The notes under the pieces: generated by a model
Seen by the model: the letters and a program-made list of their open reading frames with translations, nothing else
Told to the model about the DNA's origin: nothing
Databases searched by the model: none
In this document: piece by piece, positions 25,830 to 41,120 of the stretch
Position numbering within the stretch: the stretch's first letter is position 1
Layout of the letters: every line of letters begins with the position of its first letter
Made by a program: the position numbers and the translations under genes
Source of the DNA: Utricularia gibba
Lineage: Eukaryota > Plantae > Magnoliophyta
Direction: 5' to 3'
Assembly: GCA_002189035.1 (NCBI GenBank)
Contig: NEEC01000004.1
Span: forward strand, 1,860,001-1,924,000
DNA: 64,000 nucleotides

Positions 25830-28800
25830 ATGACTGGGAGCAAGGGAAACGGGGCAGGAAATGGGGGCAGCGTACAGCCTATTCCAGCAGGGTCGCGGAA
25901 CATGGTTCACAGTTTGAAGGAGATAGTGAACTGCTCCGAGGCCGAGATCTATGCAGCGCTTAGAGAATGCAATATGGACCCTAACGAGGCCGTTAATCGT
26001 CTACTCATGCAAGGTTTTTCAAAAAAAAAAAAAAACATGTTTGAACGGAAAAGATGTTTTTGTGTTTTCTGTTCAAAATGCTATATTTTGGATCATGTTT
26101 GTTGAGTTGAACTGTCTCGGGTGTTATAGGCGACGTACAGAAATTGTAGGCTTATATTTTAATTATTGAACCCTACTGCTTTTAAATTTTTGGTGAAGTT
26201 TACATCTTGAAGAATTTGGGTAGGAAGTTAATGTTGTAATGCTCATAGACATTATGCTGCGTTCTCTGTTTGGAAAGTATCTGGTTCTAAGGAACTGGTC
26301 GCTCATTCTGCTGCCAAAGCTGTAGCTAGTAGGAGAAGTTTACGGCTCTAGAAAAAAACTTTCATATGTTTTAGTGAAACAAGAAGCTAGTGTGTCACGC
26401 AGGACGTGTTTTTTAATATAGTTCCAGCAGTTCCTTATTTATGCAATCACATTCTTTAGTATCAATGGAAACCATCCTTTTAAAATCCTGATGTAGTGAT
26501 TGTTTGGAAATTTGCATCTGGGAACTTTAGCTCCCTATTCATGAATTTGCATTTGAGTTTTTGTGGTTGTTCCCATTATTTTTAGATCCTTTCCATGAGG
26601 TGAAGAGTAAACGAGAAAAGAAGAAAGAGGTGTGTGTATTCATCATACTTTATTCTGTTAGCAAGCTCAGCTGAATCCTTCTTATTGCTTATGATTTTAT
26701 CTTTTAATGCTTTTCTCTTGACCTGAGACCTCATATCAAGGCATATATATTGGGCATTTTAATTTCTTTTTTCCTGAAAATGGATCCTTGCAATTTTTCT
26801 TTCTGCTAAATTGAATTCAGAATCGTCATTCAGTTATTACATGGCTTTTTTCTTAGCTGCTTCAGTCGCATGTCATATAAAATTTGTTTCTTCATCGTTA
26901 TATGTTGGCAGGGCAAAGATGTCACAGAGTCCAAGTCGCGTGGTACTAATAGTTATTCAAGTCGAGTTGGCAAGATTGGTAATGAGCGAAGTGTTGGCCG
27001 TGGTGGTCCACCACATTATAATTCGTCTGGTAAAGCTAACATCAGCGTGGCTTTTTGTACTGTTCATTCTAAAATGTCCTAAATGATGTTATACTCTTTT
27101 GTTCATTTTTTTCCAATTAGATTCTTCTCATTTTCCCGGGAAGACAATGTATAAGAATGAAACTGGATCGCATTCTCAGGCAAGTGTGGAGGCTTTTGGC
27201 CATAGTAGAGGATCTGCTATTTCAAGGTTTGTCATCCCTGAATTTCCAAATTCATTTGAAAACCAGTGAATGATACTGATCTAGTTCCTTTCTTTTAGCC
27301 TTTGTCACAAACTGAACTGGAATTTTTTTTCCCACCCTTGTGAGTAACCCCCCTGTTTTTTTTTCTCTATCATTGTGTTTTCCATGGATTGCTATCACTT
27401 CTTGCATACGTTTTCTGTAGTTTTTCATCGTTCATTTCAACTACATGGCTTTCATCTATAGAAAAAGCGTGGACTTTTATCTTACCATTCAAATTTCCAT
27501 TACTTGGCATGGTCTGTAATGTGTTTGACAATATTTTACTTCGTGGACATTACATAGCAGTGATGTTGTTTCTGCCCAAAATAAACCGCCATTGTTTGGA
27601 GCAAATGATAATGAATCTTCTGGCAATACTGCTCCTTCAAAATCGTTCTGGGTCAGTAATCCAGGTCAAGTATCCATGGCTGATATTTTGAAGATGGGAA
27701 GGCCATATAATCATGTTCCAAGTGCCCACACTGAAAATCACCCTGTGGCGCTTAGTAATTCAGGGTATCCTGAAGATTTTGAGACTAAAAATATCGAGGC
27801 TGGAATTTCTTCAGATCCAAATGCACAATTGACTGAAGAGTGGCCTTGCATGGAGAAAATTCGCAATTCAATAGTACTGTCATCCCCTGAATATGTTGTT
27901 GGCTCTGGTCATCATGTTGAAGTTTCTAGTCTACGTTCAGATCAGCCAGTTCGTGATTCTAAGTTGCAAGCAGTTCAAGAAACAGAAAATTATGTTACTG
28001 AAATTTCGCGAGTGAATGAAATGGGAAGAGGACCTATCCCCAGTCCAAAGATTCTGGATGATAGCTCTAGAGACCCATCTTTATATGAGAGAAGTTTGTA
28101 CAACAAAATCAGCCTCAGCCAGAATCAGTCTCAGGATTCACATGGAGGTGATCGCCATTTTTCACTTCTCTAGCATATTGTTAATACAAAAAAATAAATT
28201 GAAGTTCTATTCCGTTATTCCCTTTGAATCCAAAATGACAAATGATGATGGTTACTGCAGTTCTCCTTGCTATACTCGATGATGAAAAATTTGTGGATCT
28301 TGTTTCATTTTTATTTGTATCTGCTGTTTGACTGTGTGTGGTTCTTAGAATGTGTATTTACTTTCTCATTTTTTTAGGTGTTGCAGTGGACGAAGTTGGT
28401 GAATCTGTGTCATCCATCACCCAAAATTTTCAGGAATTAAATGTGGAGAAAGATGATGGACGTTTGCTCTCTGAGGAATGTGTGCCTTCAGTTGTGATTC
28501 CGGAACATCTTCAAGTTCATGATGCAGATTGTTCTCATTTGAGCTTTGGTAGTTTTGGAGCTGGCATGAGTGTTGTTTCATCTGTAGATGTAGTATCTAT
28601 GCCTATGCATATTAATCTAGATGAGGAGCGGCAAAGTGAGCCAGATATTTCTACAGTTGGGCATACTGGAACTAAGTACGGCCTCTAAATTCGTATTCTA
28701 TCTGATTCTCTCTTGTTTTTCCTTGTCCTTCTCCTTGATTGAACTTATGAATTTGTTGATTGCCTTGTGATAAAGAAGTCCCAGGTACTTTGTGGAAGGT

Positions 28801-30334
28801 TCATTGAGAAATGCTTCAGATGGCATGTTGCCCCATGGAACCGGTGCAGGTGCAGGGAGTTATGATCCTTCTGTGTCACAATCTGAAGAATTGAAGCACG
28901 AGAGTGATGAGTTAGCACACAGAAATCAGTATTCTTTCGCCTCAGCCAACACGAGCTATGGTTTTGAAGATGCACAACACTCGAGCGCCACCTTCAGCCA
29001 AACAAGTTTGCAGGGACGAGATCCTCGTTTCTTGAATGTCATGGTATGGTGTATTCGGTGCTTTCATCTTCTATTCTCCCTCCAATTTATGAGATTTTTT
29101 TTTGGTAAACCTACAGCTTTCAAATTGTCATTTTTTGTTTCGATTAGACCCCAGCCTTTTGGGTAGGCATTTCTGGTCTGCTTGGTGTTCTCTCCCTACA
29201 TTTTCTAGGTGTTCCTCTTCTAGGCTACCTGTCATTCTTTTATTGATGGCTTTCTTTCCAGCAATCGTACACAAATTCTCTTCCGAGTGCTTTCCCTGCT
29301 GCGAATGCTCATCCCAGTGGGGAATCTGATCTTCAATACTCCCCGTTTCCTTATTCTCAATCAATGTCTGCTAAGTATGAGAATTCCATCTCTTCCAATG
29401 GTGCGTCTGCAGCCACACCTGTGGTAAGTTACGGCTTGCAAGCAACCATATTATGTATTTATGCATCTCACATTTTTTGTTTCATTTTTTCTCATCAGGA
29501 TTTGAAGACATCTACTTTCCCCCAAGCGCAGCTCCCAGCTTCTGGAGCAGGTGTCGCCAATGGACCACCTCTTCCTCAACATCTTCCTGTACATCATCCC
29601 TATTCTCAGCCTAGTCTTCCCTTGGGACCTTTTGCTAACTTGATCCCATACCCCTTTGTGGCGCAAAGCTACACGTACATGCCTTCAGCTTTTCAACAAG
29701 CGTTTGCAGGCAATAGTGCATACCCTCAATCTCTGGCAGGTGTACTTTCTCAATATAAAAATTCTGTTCCTCCCAGTACTTTGCCTCAGTCTGCTGCTGT
29801 TGCCTCTGGCTACGGTGCGTTTGGAAGCAACACGGGTGTTCCAGGAAACTTCCAAGTGAATCCACCTGCTCAACCTTCTGCAGCGAGTTTAAATTATGAC
29901 GACGTTTTAAGCTTGCCTTACAAGGACAGCAGTCAATTGGTGAAACTGCTGCAGGTATTCCCCTTCTAGTTTGGAAGGATGGCATTTCTATGGAAAATCT
30001 GCTGAATTCCCTTTTTTTATCCTTTGGGGTTGGTGCTGTTTATTTTCAGAATGAGAACCCTGCACTGTGGCATCAAGCACCGAACTCTAGAACAATGCCG
30101 GCAGTTGCAGCGAACACATACTACAACTATCCGGCGAACCATCCTTCAGGAGGTTTCCGGCAAGCCCAACAGCAGCCCCCCCAGAGCTATGGGGGTGCTT
30201 TGGGTGGCTACCCCAACTTGTACCACTCTCAGGCGGGCTTATCGCCGGAGCAGCCACAGAATACAAGAGATGCGTCTCTTGGCGGCTCACAAGGACAGCC
30301 TAAGCAAGCCCAACTTTGGCAGAGTGGCTACTAA
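25830..30334 (+). CDS. DUF1296 / GBF-interacting protein 1-like (UBA-like N-terminus, Gln/Pro/Tyr-rich C-terminus), about 10-11 exons
   Basis: IPAGSRNMVHSLKEIVN...ALRECNMDPNEAVNRLLMQ|DPFHEVKSKREKKKE; SMADILKMGRP; VVIPEHLQV..CSHLSFGSFG; YTYMPSAFQQ; ends LWQSGY*. Internal exons near 27121-27560 are approximate. Confidence 0.88.
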
Positions 30335-31350
30335 TCATTCTCCCGGCGGGCAGGAATGCTGGCCTTTCAAGCACCTGTTTGTTGAGAAAAATGAAACCTT
30401 GAATGGCCCTTCACTGTGGTGTGATTGTCCGCCCCATGGCTGTACTTTTACTTATCGCTCAGTCATCTGTTGATGTAACTTTAGGAAAACAACGCACTAA
30501 TTTTGTTAATGGAGGTGATAGTGTTGCCTGCTTTCCCTTCCCGTGCATTTCTCTCTCCGGCTACTCTGTTTAGGAAATGCATCATACGCAACAAGGAATT
30601 TATTAATGTAGAATTTAATTAAATTCAAATGTTAATTTCAATTTTTAAGATGGGTGGATACATGATTTTAATATTCTGCTTGAAATTAATTAACGAAAAT
30701 ACTCTTTTTTTTCCCGAATTAAAAAAACATAGATGAATTTTACGATATAAGATAATCATTACAATTAAAGAAAAAAACTACCTTGATACGAAAAATCAAT
30801 CATTGGACTTCAATTTTTCTTTATATTAAATAAAAAAATGTCCTAAAAATCTCAAAAAATCAATGAAAAATAGTGAAAAAATATATAAAAAAATCTCAAA
30901 AAATGATAAAAAAAATCACATGAAATATCAAATTAATGAATATTGATTTTTTAATAAGAATAAGGACGTGCATACGCCAAATCCTCATGAGATTGGGGCC
31001 TTGGGCATACGCACATATCCATTTCGGACCGGGATTCTGGATTCGGGCTGATGGGCCTAGTCGAATGTTATATGGGTCATCCATAATCCTTTTGTGAAGG
31101 GCCGTCCAGGCCCATACACAACCTACTTCGCTTTCCGGTATCGCATTTGAAAATTCATGGGGGGTTTTGGGTTATAGGGTTCTGTGTTACTAGTCTTCAG
31201 GACGATTCTCTTGGACGGCAGGAGTGGCATGCCTGACGGTTAAATGGCTTCAGTTTCCAGCGCTTTTACCCTACGGCAGCAGAACGTGGCAACAATCTTC
31301 TCATTGTTGTCGGACTGGTTTCTGGGTATGTTCACTGGCATGTGACGTTA

Positions 31351-34300
31351 ATGCATCGAGAAAAATTGATGGACGGGCAGACGACGATGGAGGAGAAAGC
31401 CTCCAATGGCTGCTGTGCGGAGGTAACTTTCTGAGTTTTAGAAAAATTTTCTTTTTATCAGTTTCACAGGGAATTTTTTCAGCAGCTTATGAATGAATAG
31501 CAATATTAGTTTGATGCTCTGGATGCCTGCAGTTAAATAAAAAGCACACAAAGCTATTGGAGAAGTACAAAAAAGTGGAGGATATAAAAAATAAGCTTCG
31601 TGATTGCTTAGATATGGTGAGACAGAGATACGACTCTATTGAGAAAGAAAATCAAAATTTGAAGAAAGGTTCGTAATTTTTAGTATATTTTTTCATTTTT
31701 TTAATTAAGTATTCTTTTTATCCAGTAGGCTGCCTTGTTATGGATTGATAATGTGTATTGGTGTTAGTGTTGTAAGCAGTTTTTTAGGGGGGTCATTGTA
31801 TTATGATTGCTTGGTGGGGCAGGATGCAGATATGTTTTATATGCTGAGTTGCAGGTGTGTATTGGCCTTAATATTTTGGGACATTTGATTCACAGCAAGA
31901 GAAAGATGCACATTTTTTCTTGTATTGTTAAGTTTTCTAATAATTGTAATTTCATTTCAACTCTCCAGATTTGGATGAATTCAAGATGCATGCAGACTTA
32001 TGGAAACAAGAGAAGGAAAAAGAAACTCGTATTTGTGCCGATCTTCAGACTCAAGTGCTTGCTCTAAATGATGAGATTCAATGTCTGAAGCAGAACAATC
32101 ATTCTGGTTCCCAGGAAGCAACTCAACAACTACAAGAAAAACTAATCATCGCTGAGAAACATATTAAGGATCTGAAGGCGCTTCTGGATGAAGAGAGGGA
32201 AAAAGCATCTTTAGAAAAAAAGAATGCTGAGTTGGAGAAAAGGAAAGCTGATGAGGCTGTGAAAAAGGCAGAGGGGGAAATTAAGAGGGCTTGCGATGCA
32301 CAGAAACTAGCTAATACTCAAAGGAAAAAAAATGAGGAAAGTGAGTATATGTTGAAAAATTTAAAAATGGAGATGGATTCATTGAGGTCAATGCTGGATT
32401 TGGAGAAAAAGAAAGCGGACAAGGCTTTGAAACAAGCGCAGATAGGAAAAAATATGGTTGCAGAAGCACAGATGATTGCGGAGATAGAAAAGAAAAAAGC
32501 TGATGAAAATACTCTAGCTTTGGAGAAATTAAAAAAGGAAATTGGATCAGTTAAGTCATTGATGGCTCTCGAGAAATCTAAATCAGAAGCTCTGGTGAAG
32601 AGTGCTGGTCAGGAGAAAGAAAAAGCACGTAGAGAAAAGGAAAGAGCAGATCTGGCTGTGGCCAATGCTAAGGCGCTTGAGAATGCTGCAGAATTTAATT
32701 TGAAGAAGGCTACTTTTGAGAGGGATCGTGCTGAAGATTTGAATAGGAAGTTAGAAGAGGCTTTGGCTAAGGGAAAATGTACATGCTTTAAGAGGTGTCC
32801 AGAAACTCAAGCTGATGGATCCAGTTATGTCGGAATCACTGTCTGTGGCAATAATGCTTATGGGGATGCGCTTAAGAGTGATTCATCTGCATCACACTTG
32901 GTGGATACGGTATTTCTGGGGAAAGAGAATAATACTATTGGTGCAAGAAAGCATGGCTCTGAGAAAAAGAAACACAATAAATTGATCAGTGATAAAGTGG
33001 ATAATAAAAAGCTGAGAGTTAAAAAGAAGCATCGAGTTGGTCAACTAACTGAAGATGCTGAAATTTACAGCTTGAGGCCAAAAGAATTACAGGAGCTTCA
33101 GGAGTATGTTTCATTCAATTCACCTCCAACGTGCAAGGTGTTTTCTGAAACTGATACTGTTAAACTGCTAAGGAAACAATTGAAACTGGAAAAGATGCTG
33201 GTAAGGCATGCAAAGAAAACATCCAAGTTGGAAGCCCTTCGAAGCCATATGCTACACAGGAAAGTGTTAAACATAACGCAAGAGTATCTTGTCTTGCAAC
33301 AGCGTGTGACCATGCTGGAAAGGAGAACCTTTAATTCTGGTAAAGATATACCTCCATCAGTAAAGGTTCGTTCCTTGATGATAATTTTTGCATTGTTTTG
33401 ATCAAGATTTTCATACCTTTTTTTTTTCTGGTGGCCATTACCTGATGTAATTTTTTTGGATGTTGTTTTCATCCTGCTCCAGTTTTCATATTGATTTTGG
33501 TTGCACCTGAGTGCGTAAAATTATCTGCACACGTTTTCTTGTTCTTATAAGAAATTCTCTTGTTATTTCACAGTGATTAATTTCTTACTGCTAAAAGTGT
33601 GCATCTGTTAATATCTCCGTGTAGAGTTCAACAATTGACTTGTTAAAATTTGAGTGACGAAGCATTCCATTGAAGTGGCTAGCTGTGCTTCCACTTCATC
33701 TTACATGATCATTAAAGCATCTTTTTATGATACTTGCAGTTATATGCAAGCGCTGTATACATTCATATTCATCTTTCTTGATTTATTGTTTGCAGCACAC
33801 GTGTTTTTTGACCTCATATATAACTTTTATTTTGAATAAATTTTCAATCAGATTATTTTTGGTTTCTAAATGTAAAAATTAATACTGAATTTGGTACTTT
33901 CACAAACTTGCAGATTGGGGCTGGTTCCTGCTCAAGAGGAACGATAACTGATGCTGGTTGTCAAAGCCATGCCTTTTCAGGTACAGATTCTAGGTTGGAA
34001 CCCACACATAGAGGTTCCAGCAAAAAAATCTTACATCCTTCTCCAGTAAATTCCAGTTCGGCATTTTTTTCTGAACCCACGTTCATGGGATCACAGGATA
34101 GAGACACTTTATTTGTCTCATCTTCGGCTATTATAGGGCATGGTACCTCAAACCTTAAACAAGGTTTGCCAAAGTTGTCTGACAGGAGGCAACATGAATG
34201 CAGTGAAAATGAGCATCACAGATCAGATGGCTGCCGGAATAGCTCACTTCATGATAATGAGCTGGTTAGTAAGAGTAGCTCTAAAAGAAATAATGTTATT

Positions 34301-37300
34301 GATGATGTTGGCTCTGTTAAGGATTTATGTTCTGAGGCTGAGAGGTTACACAAGTGTACATCAGAGAAACAGGCCTTGTTGCATGGAGTATTAGATGCAA
34401 AGCAGGAAAATCTTGGTCTAGGTAATTTTAAAAGGATGTCATGCAGAGAGTTTCCCAAGTCTTCAAAGAGGAGAAAAAACTCTTCTGGTGGATTGTGTGT
34501 TACTGACGGCCCAGAAGATTTTGTGGTGAGAAAGAGGCAGTTTTCTAGGAGTGGTGATCACCTTTTACCTTCTGCACCTCCTAGGTCACCCATGACAAGA
34601 TTGAAACAGTGCCTTCAGGATTGCAAGAACAAAACATTTTATAGTCACCATCACGCTACTGACGATATTGAAAAAATGGATACTTTTGACTATATGAAGT
34701 TGCTAGACCTGGATGATGACTCCGAAGAGAATTCATACCGCAGTGCTATTGCTATTCCAGTCTCCCCTTCATTACCTCTTCTTCATTTTGACCGGGATGA
34801 AAACCTTGACGTTGGTAATGATGAGATTTATGTCAATGACAACTGTCCTGAAGGCTTGGAAATTGTACCGGGTAAATTGCCATCAATTTCTAGCTGTGAT
34901 ATAGGTGACCCTATACCTTTAAAGGAACTACAAAATAAGGGCAATTTTGATTGCTCAAAGAAATTAAATCTAGTTATGAAAGAAGATTCTAGTTTATGCA
35001 TTTCCCCTGAAGTTGTGGATCAGGAGGTTGCTGATACATATGATTCTGAGGAAAAGGAAATTTCCAGGCAACCTGAGAAGGAAAATGCTACATCTCGTGG
35101 TGCTCTTTTCAAACATTTCATTGTCGTTTTGGACAACAAGAATCATTCAAGTATTTTGAGGATCCTTCAAACAGTTTCCGGTTGCAAAGATCACTGCTCT
35201 TTTCTTCATTCAGCTGACACATTCTTTCAGAGGATTCTGCAAGCCCTATTAAACGCTGAAAATCTTTCCATGAGGTGAGTTAATTTTAGATGCAGCTATT
35301 TTTTTGGAGTGTTATACTAAAAATATCTCTTGGGCCGTTCTGTGGTCCTGTTTCCTTTCTAAAGTTCATATATCCCGATATGCATATCATCGCATCATGC
35401 TGTGCTCTTCTACATGTCAAGTGGAATTTAGCTATTTTTTTTGTTGTGTATCTTGCTATTTTTTTTCCCGGAGGATAGACTAATAGCTGCCCTGTTTATT
35501 AGTTAAGTAATTTTATTTTGTGTCCTAATGCTATACTTTATTTTTATTAATCTTGTTCTTTTGCAGGGAGAAAGTATGTGTATTCTTGTCTTTGTTTTTG
35601 CGTGGGGTGAATGAGGTTTGGCAGAAAAACTTGCTGAGTACCTCGGTTGATGACTTTGTCCAGTCTCTTGATATGGTGTCTGGGAAGATATATTCAGGTT
35701 TGTGCCTCACAATCTCTGTCTAAATTCCATGTGTATTCTCTTTTTTCTATACTTGGGTCTTAAAATGTTTCATGTACACCACTCACAGATCCACTGCTGG
35801 GAAGGATGTTTATGGAATCCATTGATTTTCATGAGTTCCATGGTGTCCTTGAAGATTTTATTCTCCATGGGAAGCTTCTGGTCTATGATGATGTGCCTCA
35901 ACTCAGGGCTCCTTCCATCCCCAAAGTCAACGTTGTTCTGAATCAAGATGCTTTAACATTGTACGAAGTGGTGGCATCATCTCATCTGCTGATCTCTAGT
36001 GGAAATTTGCTAGCAACCGTGTGCTTGGCAATTAGTCAGATTGGTTTCATCTGTGAAATGGCCTGTAACATTTTGATCTGGTTCAAATCTGCGCCTGCAG
36101 TGTTATTGGCTATTCTTCATGTTTTTGCACGTGTGTGTGGTCCTAGCTTATTCACCCATCAGCAGTTCTCTATCTCCATTGAAGTGGTAAAATCTATTAC
36201 TACCGTGCTTGAGGAACCCTGCAAAAGTTTATATTGTAGTGGAAATTGTCCATTTTCTGAAAATGCGGTCTCCATGGAGAATGTAGCACTGATGCTTCTG
36301 GAGAGCTTTCAGAAGCATATAACTTCTTGGGCAGGCCATTCTCTCAAGTTAGATAACTTGGCAATGCGCCATACCGTGGGTTCCAGTGAGAATGCCGAAG
36401 ATGCAACATGCCTAGGAGTGGCTGATGAGGATTTCGTGGATACAATAGATCTTCTATCGTTGATTGAGATTGTTGCGTCCTTCATGGTATAGATCTCTCT
36501 AATCTTTAATTTTTTACTTCGCGTGCTTTGAAAATGGTAGATAAGATTTTGTTCTTTAACAGGGTTAGTTTATTTCATGCAGTGGCACAATGTTTGGCTT
36601 ATGTGTAATCCAATAATTCTACAGTGCGTTGCATTGCAAACTCTGATGGTTAAGATTTATTCTGGAAAATTGTGCAGATTTTTAACATAGCCTGGCCATT
36701 GGGCATAGTCAATCAAACTTTCCATCCTCCAGCTTCGGCCATCTATTCCACTATGCCTTTTCTTTGTTTGCTCACAACGTGTTTGTTTCTTCTTACACAG
36801 GAATGGCGTTGGACAGTTTGCCACATCGTAGTTCCACTCTGTGAACAGTTGGACTCACATCTATCAAATGGTCGCTACGCAGTTTCCATTTTACTTCTCA
36901 GTCAACTTGGAAGGTAATTTGCTGGGACTCAGCTTATAAGGAAGCGTCAAGCTGCAAAAAAATCTCCGTATTCCCATTTCATGATTCGAAGGCGTAACTT
37001 GTGAACTTCTTTCTTGCAGAATGGGAGTGGATGCTTGCGGGTACGAGGACAACGGAGTCAAGAAACTACAGCAACGGTTATGCGCATTTGTTGCTGAACC
37101 CTGTTTTAATAAACTGAGCCTTTTCCACCAGTTTGCGACAGTGGATTCCTTGCTTGGCTTGACTCCTGTCGGTCTCACAGACATCCTCGAAGATGGAAGA
37201 TTCGATGCGCCGGCTGATGTGGGCAGTCACAACCCTTGTAAACTCATTAGGCAGTGGTTCTCTCAGTTGCAGGATGAGCAGCAGTCCCTCTTCAGGCGCC

Positions 37301-37344
37301 GTCCCAAATCGGGGTTCCCTTTTGGATGCAAAGTTGGTGTTTAA
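31351..37344 (+). CDS. MEE22: MEE22/EMB1611-like large coiled-coil protein (8 exons)
   Basis: Exons ~31351-31422, 31533-31669, 31969-33365, 33915-35274, 35567-35698, 35789-36486, 36801-36912, 37020-37344; N-terminal NGCC, long E/K-rich coiled coil, LKLEKMLVRHAK, FSGTDSRLE, YMKLLDLDD..EENSYRSAIAIPVSPSLP, LLSLIEIVA. Start may be 31369. Confidence 0.8.
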
Positions 37345-37850
37345 GAGCGTTTTCAAGTTCTTTTTTGTAGCGGATTAGTGTACATGATATACACAGCATC
37401 GAACAGAATGCCATGCCATGCAATGCCATGGAAAAAAAAAAAAAAGCTGCATGGTCCTTTATTTGTTGATTTATTTTGTAGAAATCAATGTTTCAAAAAA
37501 TAGAATTTAATTACGATTAAATTGCTTATGAACCCTCTTAACTGTGTCAGTTGTAGGTTCCAAATTGCTTGTGCAAATGATTCATAATTATTTTTCATTA
37601 TTTAAGATATTGATATAAAGATCTAAATTTAGCACTCCAACCGACAATTATGTCCTTTTTCCTGTAACTACTCGAATGATTGTATTCCAAAACCGAACGG
37701 ATAAAGAAGCTTTAGGCCGGTATTTAAATGAGAACCAAACTGAAAAGAAGCCTTGGACCGGAATTAGCTTACCGCCATGCCAAGAGGCAAAACAAGTTTC
37801 TGACTTTGTTTTAGAACCACACTCGAGTGCGATTCCACTTATCTGGATTC

Positions 37851-39385
37851 ATGGAGAAAGAGCCGCTTCTTGCTTCGAGACGGTTGCAGCCGTCGCCGGT
37901 AGGATCATCGCTTTGCACGTTTCCGGAGGACACTGAAGTCACCATTCACCCGCATCCCGTTTCGTCTTCCTTCCGAGAATTCAAGGATAGGTTGATTTTC
38001 GGGCCATTGGCATCTGCCCCCTGTTCGGCGGCTCATGCGGAAAGACTGAGGCATGAGAAACAGATTGTGAAATTGGACTCAGAAAGTCAGCAATCCAGGC
38101 TAATTGATCCGAATTATGCCCCACCTAAGAGCAGTCTTCACCGCTCGAACACTGCCCCTGCAATCGCAACTATTGATGACGTTCAGCAATCTAAAGATAC
38201 CACCAAACCACCTCCGTTTGTTAGCCCTTCGATTGTAAGGCAAGGTGTTCTTTTGTTGATCCTATATTTGAGCCTTGGGGTGGTAATTTACTGGTTGAAC
38301 AGGCACAAATTCAAAGCATCTGAGACTCACCCTGTTGTTGATGCCTTGTACTTTTGTATTGTCACCATGTGTACTATTGGCTATGGGGATATAACTCCGG
38401 ATAGTGCTGCTACAAAGTTGTTTTCTATCGCCTTCGTTCTGTTGGGGTTTGGTTTTATTGATATTTTGTTGACTGGGATGGTGAGCTATGTCCTTGATTT
38501 GCAAGAGAATTACCTTTTGAGGACCATCAAGACCGGGAATTCTCATGATCCAATGTCTTATCTGGTTGATGTGAAGAAGGGAAGGTTAAGAATCAGAATG
38601 AAGGTGGCGTTGGCACTAGGAGTCGTCATTCTTTGCATTGGCATTGGAGTAGGAGTCATGCATTTCGTTGAGAAATTAGATTGGCTGGATTCTTTTTATT
38701 TATCAGTTATGTCTGTCACAACAGTTGGCTATGGTGACAGAGCTTTTACCTCCTTATCTGGTCGAATTTTTGCATCCATTTGGTTGCTCGTGTCCACACT
38801 TGCTGTCGCAAGAGCCTTCCTCTACTTAACCGAGGCAAGGGTTGACAAAAGACATCGGAAAATGGATAAATGGATCCTTGACCAAAAACTAACAGTAGCT
38901 CAATTTCTCGCTGCAGATGTCGATAGCAATGGGTTCATCAGGTGATTCTGACCTTCTTACAGTCACTTAATGTTCTATGACATACTTCCCAACATAGATT
39001 CTTATCCAGGTTGGTTCTTACAGTCACATGTGAAGTTGCATAAAGATAACAACTTGGATTAACAGAGTGATCATTTTACACATCCACCTGCCTGCTGTCA
39101 TAACATTTATCTTGCTTGCTGAATTGTGGTGCACTTTGCCCTGAACTGCCGCTGTTTGGCATGCTGTCTCTGTTCAGTAAATCGGAATTCGCGGTATACA
39201 AGCTGAAGGAGATGGGTAAGATAACAGAGAAAGACATCTCGGAGATCTGTAAACAGTTCCATCGGCTGGACAAAGGGAACTGTGGGAAGATCACTCTTGG
39301 CGATCTCATGGATAACAATGACAATTCTAACCTCCCAAGGCAGGTCTCATCAGGCCCTCTCCGGATACCATCCCATCCTCAATAA
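37851..39385 (+). CDS. TPK: Two-pore potassium channel (TPK3/TPK5-like), 2 exons
   Basis: Exons 37851-38941 and 39178-39385; two pore loops TIGYGD and TVGYGD, four TM segments, 14-3-3-type HRSNTAP, EF-hands ADVDSNGFISKSEF and LDKGNCGKITL. Confidence 0.93.
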
Positions 39386-41120
39386 GCAGATGGTATGGAT
39401 CATCGGCAGTGAACAGTGAATGTGCTTTTATCATCCCATGCCACCTAAACAAGCAATACAAAATTGCATCCGCATTTCTTGTCGAAAGGCGCTTCTGAGA
39501 ATGTTTTTTTTGTCAAATAAATGTGTTAATTTAAGTGAGTCATTTTTCAAATCTTTTCCACCTCGCTGCATTACATGGGTGCTCTGCTCTTGGGATTGCA
39601 CGATGCGCTGGTGATGCCACGAGATCGAGATTGAAGTGGAGGGGTGAAGATGAGATATGTTAACTGAATCATGGATGAAAATAACCAGTGATGGCGAACA
39701 TGTTCTAGGCGCAAAAGGGGTGACTTGTTGAATAGAACATGTACAGAGTCGGATGCAACGGACGACGAGTTGTTGACTCGAGCGTACTGTTGATTATAAG
39801 AACGACCCTGCTTGGAGATGCGGAGGTGGAAAGTGTGCTCGTACTCGCTCGGTTCAACTGGTTGAAGATATCCATCTCTGGAGAGTACACCCCATCATCG
39901 AATCTCGATCACTCCGAAGCTGGAGACGATGTGCCACCAGAGGGATCTCCGAGGATCCGAAGCACGAGAGGAGCTCAAACAATCTGCAGCTGGAGATAAT
40001 GGGGCTGGGGAGGAGCTCTCTGTTCATAGGGAGGAGAAGGAGCGTGTGAAACAGAAGTGTGCTGTGATTACTGTTGAAGAAGTAAAGGAAAGTGATCCAA
40101 AGAATACCGAAGATGCAGGGCGGAGTTAGACTGAGGCTTTGCTGGATCAAAATGAAGTTGCACTTCTCACAGCTGATATGCCAAAGGTGCATGCATCCTC
40201 TTCAAAGACAGATTTGTGAGCTGAAGCTCCAAGGTAAAAGCATGATGACCATCTGATCCCCAAAACCTGAAATTTCGCAACCACGAGATTAATAAGTTCG
40301 ATTCTGTACCCACAATATAGCATAGCAATGATGATAACCGATATCCACCATGAAAAAAGAAGGCAGTGGCACAGAGGAAGCATGTTCCTGGCCCGTTGCA
40401 TAGAATATGCAGTTCCGAATAACGAGGCAGGAGAGCAATGCAAAGGGATAGAGAGATAGAGAGACAGAGTAACAGGAGAAGAAGAAGAAGATGATGTCGA
40501 CGGCAATACCACTTGAGGTCTGGTGTTGACCATAAGCCAGAGAGGATGAGTTAGAGCAAGCAATGTTGCGCCCACACAAGTTACGTATCATTGCCCAAAT
40601 TTTCGACTTCCATGTATCTGCAAAAAGTGGCAATCTTCAGCTTCCTAACACAAACAAGATCTTGTCCCCAATGATAGCAAGATTCCCATCAGCTCATCTC
40701 TCCACTCAACGAATGTTCGACACCGGAAGTATACCAGATATCAAAAGAAATCCATTTTCTCAAGCTCACATCCAAACCCCTGACGGTTCCAAGAAATGCA
40801 AGAAACATAAATCCTAAGATGCCCAACATTTAATCAGCGGCAGAAGCAACATAATGTATTGGTTAAAACCCGGCCATCCGCATAACAGCCAGCAGATCCA
40901 GCATTTCAGCACCACAGCATATCAAGACTACTCAGATCAACAATGACATCAGACACAGACTCATCGTTCTAAAATTAAAGCACTATATAAACAGGTTACA
41001 GCATCCGAATAAGGATTTACACGTGGAATCAAAGAACCAGTAGAACCAATGACAATCAGGATGCTAGAAGGCCCTGAGGTCGAGTGCCCACGGATTTTCT
41101 ACTCCGACACACGAAACACG

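Noticed and set aside
40440-40480. Partial resemblance to a miR390/TAS3 site (ctctatccct) and to miRNA-like purine tracts
   Set aside because: Only about 8 nt match, with no tasiR-ARF sequence or pairing hairpin arm; no convincing C/D-box pair either
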